From: Bacillota bacterium
GTDB taxonomy: Bacteria; Bacillota; Clostridia; Christensenellales; SZUA-584
Direction of reading: 5' to 3'
Length of the DNA: 64,000 nucleotides
Assembly (NCBI GenBank): GCA_023399095.1
Contig: JAEWQS010000134.1
Coordinates: forward strand, 24,399-88,398
This document shows positions 8,648-17,000 of the stretch, piece after piece. The translations under genes and the position numbers were made by a program. The notes beneath the pieces are model-generated. The model saw nothing but the letters and a program-made list of their open reading frames with translations. It did no database searches and was not told where the DNA came from. Positions within the stretch are counted from its first letter, which is position 1. Every line of letters starts with the position of its first letter.

Positions 8648-9943
8648 TTACATGTTAAAAGAAATACCATCTGTCTGTATTTCGACCTTGCCTGAAATGC
8701 CCTCAAAGGCATCCGGCGTCATCGTGTGGATAGGCACGATTTTTTTAGGATTGACTTCTATCATAACACGTCTGATATCGGATACCGACGCGTGGCCGCT
8801 TGTATGCAGCGATTTTATCAAAAAACCGGCGCTTTGTAGCATTTGCTCTAATTTAAGCTGGGGTTCGCTGTTGCGGTAACCCTGCCACATGGAATACAAG
8901 AATGTTCCGTTTTCTAGCGTGCATCTTTCGATGTCTTTAATCATGGATGGGCGCACCAGCATAACAGCTTGATTCTGAACCTCTTTTAGTTTGTCTTTTG
9001 GCATATGGAACGCTGAAAAGCGTTTCGCATATTCTCCACCAATCTCGTTGAATACCCTTTGCGTAAGATAATAAGGATAGAATACTTTGATATTTGAATA
9101 CTGCTCGGATGGATAGGGCAGGTTGTTCCCGAGCTGGCGCAGCTCAAACAGCACGTTGGCAGTATATACGTCGATAACGAACAGCCGCTTTGCTTTCAAT
9201 GAAGCACGAAAGAAACTAACCAGACGGTCGATGTTCTGGCTGGATGACTGAAACAGCACCAGCCCGGAACATTGGTTCATCATTTCGACAGCCTCATTTT
9301 CCAATTCTTCTTCCGTCAATACCTGCTCGTCCTGCCTACCAAACATTGTACCTTCAATGAGCAGCGCATCCGCGCCGCGCGGTACTTGGGTGATGAAACG
9401 ATCCAGGCAGACCGCCTTGCGTCCATGTCCGCGAAAATCGCCAGTGTAGATCACCGTTTTCCCTTCGTTGGTAATTTCAAACGCTGCTGCGTCAAACGCA
9501 GAGTGATCCATCAAATAGGGCTTGATCCGAAAGTCTCCTGCGGAGAACGGCTGGTACATCTGAAAGATATGGGCATTTAACGAAAAAGCGTCGCATATTT
9601 TGAACCGTTGCGAAATCTCGATCAATTTTTTCGTTCCAGCTGATATGAACACAGGGATGCTTTCATGAATATAGGGCAGCAACCCGTAGTGGTCGATATG
9701 CGCATGCGAAATGACCACAGCGTCAATCGTCGGGGAATCCCACTTGTATAATCCTTTTATATCGGGCAACACCCCAAGCGACAGGAGCTGCCCGCTGGGT
9801 AGGGAGGCAATATGGTCGTCGATGGGTTTTCCATGTAAAAACAGCGGATAGCCCGCATCCAGCAATATACGGCTACACGCCGTTCTGAGTTCAATGAGTG
9901 TGCCTCCGATTTCGTGAGTTCCTCTATAAACGGTGATATTCAC
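8648..9943 (-). CDS. beta-CASP family metallo-beta-lactamase-fold nuclease (RNase J / SNM1-like), cargo
   Basis: The protein is 431 aa with the full motif series: VISHAHIDHYG (encoded about 9686-9716), MDHS, YTGDF, EGT, TSGHAS and PIHT. It has a GTG start in a GTGA overlap with the upstream ORF (9940-9943), and RBS GGAGAGG. Confidence 0.8.
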   Translation of the reverse strand: MNITVYRGTHEIGGTLIELRTACSRILLDAGYPLFLHGKPIDDHIASLPSGQLLSLGVLPDIKGLYKWDSPTIDAVVISHAHIDHYGLLPYIHESIPVFISAGTKKLIEISQRFKICDAFSLNAHIFQMYQPFSAGDFRIKPYLMDHSAFDAAAFEITNEGKTVIYTGDFRGHGRKAVCLDRFITQVPRGADALLIEGTMFGRQDEQVLTEEELENEAVEMMNQCSGLVLFQSSSQNIDRLVSFFRASLKAKRLFVIDVYTANVLFELRQLGNNLPYPSEQYSNIKVFYPYYLTQRVFNEIGGEYAKRFSAFHMPKDKLKEVQNQAVMLVRPSMIKDIERCTLENGTFLYSMWQGYRNSEPQLKLEQMLQSAGFLIKSLHTSGHASVSDIRRVMIEVNPKKIVPIHTMTPDAFEGISGKVEIQTDGISFNM

Positions 9944-11544
9944 TGGTCAGCCCTCTCCCCAAAATGTCTTTTCAAATCCAGTGAAGTTCGGATATCCGTG
10001 ATGGCATTCTGGTGCTCGGTGAAATAAATATAGTTCAACCGGATGATGTCCTCGTCCACAGCCAATTCCATGCCAGCAAAGGATTCGTCATCATATTGAC
10101 CCGTGGGCATCACGCAGGCGGCAATCAGTTTCAGTTTGTCGGGAATGCTGCCACCAAAACCAAACAGCCGCCACCAGTCTGAACCGGCTTCGCTGCGCAG
10201 GAGTTCACGAATAAACACGGTATAAGCAATCGCCTGCTTGAGCGCGTCCTTGGGCGGTTCTTTGGCCATGTTTTCATCCTTGAGCTCCAGAATGGCAAGG
10301 GATGTTCCCTTGCCTTTGCCCATGCGTGCAAAAAGATCAATACCACCACCCCGAAACCCGGAATACTTCACCTGTACGTGTTGACTGGCGCTTATCGGCG
10401 TGGGCATGGGGAAACGTAGCTTGGCCACTCTGACCGGCTGTATGAACTGCAGCGTCTTATCTGTTACCTTGGAGAATTCACTGAGCAACAGGCTCTCCAA
10501 CCGGTGTTCCTCATTGCTTTTACCCTCTGCATTGCGCTGTGCCGCCCGTTCTTTAAAAAACGAACGAACAGCTGCCGCTGACGGACTATCCCACGGTACA
10601 CCATGAGCACTCAGCGTACAGCCGAAGTCTCTCTGATTGAGTGCATCATATCCGGCCGTGTCCAGCAGTAGGGTAGTTTTATAGCGCAACTGAGCTACAG
10701 TCTGTCCAAGATACCGAAGTTCAAATACAAGATGCTGTTTTGCTTTCTTGGCGTTTGAAACATTCAGATACAGCATAAGCGGAGCCCACTCATGAAAACT
10801 GCTACGTACCTTTTCAATGTAGCTTTCGTTTATATGAATGTCCTCGGCATAGCCTTTGTAGCGTGTTTCCCATTCAGGGTTTTCTGCCAGTAGCTTTCTG
10901 GTTTCCACGATTACGCCTAGAAACTCCTGCTGAAGCACAATCCGTCTGACAGCTTCCAGTGCCGAGCCATTATCGGTGGCAAGGGTAAGATGTACGCCGT
11001 TTTCAAGGATCAACTGACCCGTCTCCAAATTGCATGCAACAATTGGGGTATGGACATAGAGTATGATCCACCACGGTATATGTTCCTGCCAATTCTGTGT
11101 CGAAGCAATGGGGTAGTGCGAAAATGCGGTCGCTGCTTCGCTGAGGCCGGAACCATAAGCCCCGTCATGCCATGCGTTGCGAATACTTATGCCCTTATTT
11201 GTTGTAAGCAACTCCAGCAAAAAATCCATTGCGGCAAAGGGACGTGCTTCGCGGTTCAGCGTCAGCTTAGCTTGCAGTGCCGCATCGTCGGCCAATTGAC
11301 GCACTTGCGACGTTGTCATTCGTTCCTGATATCGCAACACCTCGTCACCTGCGAGGATACCCGTTCCGTTGAGGTTGATGGAGATAACCGGGTGCAATCT
11401 TCCCGCATTCTCCCGCGCAACGGCCAGGCAGGCATATTGCTCGTCGCAGGGGTATGTCATAAGCGCTATCAGTTTTTCGTCGCTGCGGGTAAGGATCTGG
11501 TGAAGTATTGACCAAGCGGCAGCATTTTTGGACAGCACTGGCAT
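9940..11544 (-). CDS. 534-aa protein with an unknown N-terminal region and a C-terminal RecB/Cas4-type PD-(D/E)xK nuclease-like domain, cargo
   Basis: RBS GAGGAGG lies before ATG 11544. The C-terminal motif set is EEHRLESL, GGGIDLFAR (10321-10350), LAILELKDE (10273-10299) and KQAIAY (10220-10237). This gives the E / D / ExK / QxxxY pattern. I can name no family for residues 1 to about 350. Confidence 0.6.
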   Translation of the reverse strand: MPVLSKNAAAWSILHQILTRSDEKLIALMTYPCDEQYACLAVARENAGRLHPVISINLNGTGILAGDEVLRYQERMTTSQVRQLADDAALQAKLTLNREARPFAAMDFLLELLTTNKGISIRNAWHDGAYGSGLSEAATAFSHYPIASTQNWQEHIPWWIILYVHTPIVACNLETGQLILENGVHLTLATDNGSALEAVRRIVLQQEFLGVIVETRKLLAENPEWETRYKGYAEDIHINESYIEKVRSSFHEWAPLMLYLNVSNAKKAKQHLVFELRYLGQTVAQLRYKTTLLLDTAGYDALNQRDFGCTLSAHGVPWDSPSAAAVRSFFKERAAQRNAEGKSNEEHRLESLLLSEFSKVTDKTLQFIQPVRVAKLRFPMPTPISASQHVQVKYSGFRGGGIDLFARMGKGKGTSLAILELKDENMAKEPPKDALKQAIAYTVFIRELLRSEAGSDWWRLFGFGGSIPDKLKLIAACVMPTGQYDDESFAGMELAVDEDIIRLNYIYFTEHQNAITDIRTSLDLKRHFGERADQ

Positions 11545-11563
11545 AAACGCCTCCTCGCACTAA

Positions 11564-11640
11564 GTTATATATAACAGGGTATATAAATACGGGGTATATA
11601 AATATATTTTACCACATATCTTGTACAAAATCTGGTACAG
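11564..11640 (-). promoter_or_regulatory. promoter/operator-like region of the two-nuclease cassette
   Basis: This is an AT-rich spacer after the mobC stop. It has an extended -10-like TGgTAAAAT on the minus strand (plus 11606-11614). It also has two 13-nt direct repeats GGGTATATAAATA (11577-11589 and 11592-11604) and a perfect 12-nt palindrome GTTATATATAAC (11564-11575). Confidence 0.35.
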
Positions 11641-11689
11641 CTTTATGTCTTAAGAGATACTTAAGAGAGGTTAATTTGCTACTACTATG

Positions 11690-12019
11690 TTAAACCGTCT
11701 TTTCCGGCAGTGTTACCGCCTTTTGAATTTCTAATATCGTCCTTCGCAAATGAGCCGCCTCGTGTTCAAAGCCTGATTCATCTATAAATCCGGTTGTATT
11801 CGCCTTCGCCGCAAGCTGATTGATATTGCCTCCAATAGCGCGCAGCTCGCGTATCATGTTATAAAAATCAATAGACGGCAGTTGTTTTGGCACATGCCCG
11901 TTTATCAATGAGCGCAGATAGTTTTCCTGTGACAATCCGGTTCTTTTCGCATTGTCACGCAACCGCTGACTTTCAGCTTCATTCAGCCAAACCTGTGCAC
12001 GAATATTTCTTTTTCGCAT
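11690..12019 (-). CDS. mobC: MobC-family relaxosome accessory protein
   Basis: The protein is 109 aa. It has an RHH-like N-terminus (RAQVWLNEAESQRLRDNAKRTGLSQENYLRSLI) and the MobC signature LRAIGGNINQLAAKAN. Confidence 0.8.
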   Translation of the reverse strand: MRKRNIRAQVWLNEAESQRLRDNAKRTGLSQENYLRSLINGHVPKQLPSIDFYNMIRELRAIGGNINQLAAKANTTGFIDESGFEHEAAHLRRTILEIQKAVTLPEKTV

Positions 12020-12055
12020 TCTATTTCATCACCTCCGTCACGCATTGAAGGGGTA

Positions 12056-12138
12056 TTAGGGGCAACCAGCCCCTAACAAGTGGATTTTGGGAGACAAAAT
12101 CCAGTGCTTGCTAAGACAACGCAGGGCGTTGCCCCTAT
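12056..12138 (-). promoter_or_regulatory. putative oriT: three consecutive hairpins upstream of mobC
   Basis: Three inverted repeats are present: TTAGGGGC/GCCCCTAA (12056-12076), GGATTTT/AAAATCC (12082-12102) and CAACGC/GCGTTG (12117-12131). An outer inverted copy of AGGGGCAAC also occurs (12057-12066 vs 12128-12138). The location directly 5' of the relaxosome genes supports the call. I cannot assign a nic site. Confidence 0.35.
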
Positions 12139-12155
12139 ACCTGCCGGGAAAGAAA

Positions 12156-12968
12156 TCACTTCTCATAATCCCTCGTACTGCGGCTATCTGGCGTTCTCGC
12201 ATGGCTTCTATCAAAGTGATCCAGCTGCTTAAATCCGAAGCTGTCCACATAGTACGATGTACTTTTGCTGCGTTCTTTGACGACAATTACATCGCTCACC
12301 GATAAGGAATGACCTTTGAAATCCTCCGGACGCTCCATATTGAACTTATAGAACAGATTCTCTAGCGTTTCGTTTGGCCTCATGTGGCCGGAATAGACCA
12401 AGTCGTAATTGCGGATATCGCATTTGATACCGTTTTTCATCAGATAATCAAAAGCCTCAAACCGGATACCGTGCAGATCATCAGAGCGTTTGAGCTGATA
12501 AATTGAAAATTGGCGCTGCGATGAGGGATTAATCATGGTGTTTTTATCCGTGGGCTTTGGCAAGTCCTGTTGTTCGGCTTCCTCAGATATTTGCTCAGTG
12601 GCTGGCACTTCCGTCTTCTGCACCTCAATCCGACCGTTCATCGAGCAGAACATTTCCGGCGATTCAAAGAGCTTTGCATACTTATCTGCCAGTTTATCGG
12701 ACAGTTCAGCGAAGTTATCCTCACTCAATCCCACGATGAGGAAGGTTCCGGCGATGATATCAAACATCTCACCGCTTTTGCTGTAGATAGCGCGGTTAAG
12801 CGGAAGCCCTTGCATTTTTCCTTCTTCATTGCATACCAGCCCCACCAAATCTTCATATGGATATATCGCCTCGATATATCCGCCCACCTCCTGTTGCAGC
12901 GAATGCAGGCCGGAGTCGATGTCCTTCATATACGGTTTTTTCATGGGCTCAACAACTAATACGTTCAT
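12156..12968 (-). CDS. DUF3846 + YodL-like domain ICE protein
   Basis: The protein is 270 aa. The N-terminal half (MNVLVVEPMKKPYMKDIDSGLHSLQQEVGGYIEAIYP...) matches DUF3846. The C-terminal half (FSIYQLKRSDDLHGIRFEAFDYL...) matches the YodL-like pattern. Both assignments are from memory. Confidence 0.6.
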   Translation of the reverse strand: MNVLVVEPMKKPYMKDIDSGLHSLQQEVGGYIEAIYPYEDLVGLVCNEEGKMQGLPLNRAIYSKSGEMFDIIAGTFLIVGLSEDNFAELSDKLADKYAKLFESPEMFCSMNGRIEVQKTEVPATEQISEEAEQQDLPKPTDKNTMINPSSQRQFSIYQLKRSDDLHGIRFEAFDYLMKNGIKCDIRNYDLVYSGHMRPNETLENLFYKFNMERPEDFKGHSLSVSDVIVVKERSKSTSYYVDSFGFKQLDHFDRSHARTPDSRSTRDYEK

Positions 12969-12991
12969 TAAAATTCTCCTTGATTCTTTTA

Positions 12992-13975
12992 TTATCTTTC
13001 GGGCTCGCCGCGCATACGGATGGCTAGTGATATCCCTTTTTCAATTCGGAGCTGGTGGTTGTAGTCCTTGCCCTTATCCGGTAATAGCAGCTTTGTGGTA
13101 TAGCATTCTGGCAGCAGAGCGCAGATCGTCTTCGCAGCTAATCTGCCTACCTCATCATTATCTAAACAAAGTGCAACACGATTGATGTGCGGGTTGTCCT
13201 GTAAATATTGCATGAGCGCTATGGGTAGGGATGTATCGGATAGCTCCTTCTTTTGCTGATAAACGCCCGATAAAGAAAGATAATTTTCTGGCGTCCATCC
13301 GCCTGTTCCCATGCACTGTAATTCCACAAATGAAAGGCAATCTATGGCGCTTTCAAATAAATACAAGGTATTGGATTGCCTCTGCGCTGGCAGGGAGAAG
13401 GAATACCTCTTGTCGCTTCCTTCCACATCTCGCAAAAAGGTGGAGCCTGCGTTACTGCTGCGGAGCATGGCATAGCGGGGAATACCTTGGGGGTCAAAGC
13501 CCACAAAGCAGCAATTGTGCCGTTCATCCTCATACAGCCTGCCCGTGCTGATGCAGAAGCGTAACAGCGCGATGCCGATGCCGCGCTGCATGAGGTAGTC
13601 GATCACCCGATCATTGCTTCTGCCCGACTTGGGTAGCATGAAGGACGGTTTTTGGGGCGGCCTTGACGTATAGCTTTTTTGAGGTTGCTCAAAGCGCTGG
13701 CAATCACATACGTGCTGAACAGCTTCTACAAACTCCTTACCGCGAACCTTAATGAGATAATCCAGCGCGCTCCTGCCGCCAATACCCTGCGACCACCAGC
13801 ACCATTTACCTTTGGAAATCTTCAGACTGTCATGGGTGCGAGTGGTGTAAACGTCCGGGTTAATTTGCACCAGCTCACTCGGCTCATAAGTTTGCAGATA
13901 TGAAAGCAAGTCCATCTGCTTTGCCTGTTCAATCTGCTCTCTGGTGACATAATTCTGTCTCATGTTCTTTGCCAT
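12992..13975 (-). CDS. DUF3991 / Toprim domain protein (TraC-primase-like)
   Basis: The sequence DLLSYLQTYEPSELV...SLKISKGKWCWWSQGIGGRSALDYLI is followed by a Toprim-like YLFESAIDCLS...ALCLDNDEVGR. The start is set at ATG 13975, which has AAGGAG 6 nt upstream. The track start is 14002. Confidence 0.75.
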   Translation of the reverse strand: MAKNMRQNYVTREQIEQAKQMDLLSYLQTYEPSELVQINPDVYTTRTHDSLKISKGKWCWWSQGIGGRSALDYLIKVRGKEFVEAVQHVCDCQRFEQPQKSYTSRPPQKPSFMLPKSGRSNDRVIDYLMQRGIGIALLRFCISTGRLYEDERHNCCFVGFDPQGIPRYAMLRSSNAGSTFLRDVEGSDKRYSFSLPAQRQSNTLYLFESAIDCLSFVELQCMGTGGWTPENYLSLSGVYQQKKELSDTSLPIALMQYLQDNPHINRVALCLDNDEVGRLAAKTICALLPECYTTKLLLPDKGKDYNHQLRIEKGISLAIRMRGEPER

Positions 13976-14043
13976 AATCATCTCCTTGTATGAAAAGAGC
14001 ACCGGATTGCTCTGATGCCCTTGTCGTTTAATGATCTATTCTT

Positions 14044-17000
14044 TTACCTTGATATATAGTCTATCTCCCTCTCATCCTCCTGATCTGGCTCGCCATCAAG
14101 CATTTCCGAACTGCTCTTTTCCATGTTCAGCAATGCGTCCAGTTCAGCCAGCCTTGCTGCTTTTTCCAACAGCTCCTGTTCCTGTGCAAACGGTTTACCG
14201 ACCTCCATCTTGCCCTCTTCCACCTGTCGCTGCAAATCTTCCAAGCCGCGTTTACATTGCTCCACTCTCTCCGGCAACCCGGCCAGTACATTGTCTATCC
14301 TCGATATGTTTCCAAATACATCGCTGCCTAAGATGATCGAATGGCTGAGTACGTTTTTCAGCGTTAATTGGAATGCCTTTGAAAACGTATCAAAGGACAG
14401 TACCAGTGTGAAACCGCGATATTCGCCAATCGCTGCAGGCTCTGGCGAGGTCTTGGCTTTGCACGCTTCCAGCAGCGCCTTACCGGCGAGTTCCTTTTTA
14501 TCATACTGAATACAGCCTATTGTCATGGGCGAAAACTTCTGATCGTCCTCCAGCACAAATTCGTTTATCCGGGCGATGTCCTGCTCATATCCGCAGATAC
14601 GCTCCTCGGTCTGCCGTATCTGTGAAGGGAAATACTTATGCAGGTTGTCCTCCATCGCGTACCGTTGGCTTAAGTGGCTTGCTTTCAGCAACTTCAGCCG
14701 AGCCACTTGAATATCCAAATCCATTTTCTCTTTGATATATGGATTGCCGGTGGCCAAGGCTTTGACCTCGGCGTAGGAGAGTGCGGTCTCGTCTATGTCC
14801 TCGCAACTGCGTACAGGGCTCTTGCTTGTCATGATCTGTGAGATGAACTTCTGCTTATTCTCGATGGTCTGCCACATATAGCTGTCGAAGGTGTTTTCTG
14901 TGACATACCTGAATATATGCACCTGATCGTTGCCGTTGCCCTGCCGAATTATCCTGCCTTCGCGCTGTTCGATATCCGAAGGACGCCACGGCACGTCAAG
15001 GTGATGCTCAGCCACCAGCTTTTTCTGCACATTCGTCCCCGCGCCCATCTTGAAGGTTGAACCCAGCAGGATGCGGACGTTGCCCTTGCGGACATTAGCA
15101 AACAGTTCGCTCTTTCTTATTTCCGTGTTCGCGTCATGGATAAATGCGATTTCATCCTCCGGCACGCCTATTCCGATCAGTTTAAGCTTGGTATCGTCGT
15201 ACACATTAAAATTGCCGTCGTAATGGGGCGTTGAAAGGTCGCAGAACACCAGCTGTGTCAGCCGTTTATCTCTGTTCTGTTCCCACAGGCGGTAGATATT
15301 GTCCACACAGGCGCTGACCTTGCTGTCCTCATCATCAGGCAACAAATCGCTTATCAGCCGCTGATCCAGTGCCAGCTTGCGCCCGTCGTTCGTAATTTTG
15401 AGCATATTGTCTTCGGTCGCGTCCACCATACCATTGCGTACTTTTTCCGCACGCTCGGCTAACTCTGCCACCATATTGCGCTGGTGCTCGCTCGGCTTGA
15501 TCACTACGTTATGATACTCCGCTTCCGGTACGGGCAGATTCAGCATGTCAGCAGTCTGGATATCGGCGACCATCTTGAACATGCTAATCAGCTCCGGCAG
15601 GTTATAAAACCGTGCGAACCGTGTTTTTGCCCTGTAGCCCGTACCTTCGGGCGCAAGCTCGATGGCTGTCACCGTTTCGCCGAACGTCGATGCCCATGCG
15701 TCGAAGTGCTGCAAACCCTGACTGCGCAGCGTCTCATACTGTAAATACCGTTGCATGGTGTAAAGCTCGGTCATCGAGTTGCTTATTGGCGTGCCCGTGG
15801 CGAACACCACACCGCGCCCGCCGGTCAGCTCGTCCAGATAACGGCACTTCATGAACAGGTCGGAGGATTTTTGCGCCTCCGTCTGTGCGAGGCCGGCAAC
15901 GTTACGCATCTTCGTGATGAGGAATAGGTTTTTGAAGTTATGTGCTTCATCTACAAACAGACGATCCACGCCTAGCTCCTCGAACGTTACCACATCGTCC
16001 TTACGGCTGGTATCGTTGAGCTTATCCAACTTGAGCTTGATAGCTTTCTTCGTCTTTTCAAGCTGTTTGACCGTAAACCGCTCTGCTTTCGCGGCTTTGG
16101 CGTCCGCGATGCCAAAAACAATCTCATCGAGCTGCTCCTGCAGTGTGGCTTTCTGCCGGTCTATGGACATGGGTATCTTTTCAAACTGACTGTGGCCGAT
16201 GATCACCGCGTCATAGTCGCCGGTGGCAATTCTGCCGCAGAACTTCCTGCGATTTCGTTTTTCAAAATCCTTTCTGGTTGCAACCAAAATGTTGGCGCTG
16301 GGGTAAAGCTGCAGAAACTCAGCCGCCCACTGCTCGGTCAGATGGTTCGGCACAACAAACAGGCTCTTACTGCATAACCCGAGGCGCTTACTTTCCATTG
16401 CCGCAGCAACCATTTCAAACGTCTTGCCCGCGCCCACAACATGCCCCAGCAGCGTGTTGCCGCCATAAAGGATGTGCGCAATGGCATTGACCTGATGCGG
16501 TCGCAGTGTGATCTCCGGGTTGATGCCTGAGAATTTAAGGTGGCTTCCGTCGTACTCACGCGGTCGGATGCTGTTGAACTTTTCGTTATAGAGCTGGACA
16601 AGCCGCTCGCGCCGGTTATGATCCTTCCATATCCACTCGCGGAACGCGTCCTTGATCTGCTGCTGCTTCTGCTGTGCAATCGTGGTTTCTTTCCGGTTCA
16701 GGACGCGAATCTCCTTGCCGTCCGCATCAAGCTTTTTATCAAATATTCTGACATCCTTGAGATTGAGGGTCTGTTCGATGATCTGATAGGCGTTGATGCG
16801 ATCTGTCCCATAGGTCACATTGGCCAATACACCATCGTAATCCGCCTTCTTCCCTTCAAGGCTCCAAGATGCGGTATAGGGAGAGTAGTGAACTTTGATA
16901 CGGCTTTCGGCGTAGTAGCTTGGTTTAAGAAACTCAATTACAAACTGTTGAATGTCCTCCTGCGGCAGCCATGTCGCGCCCAGCCGCACGTCAATTTCAC

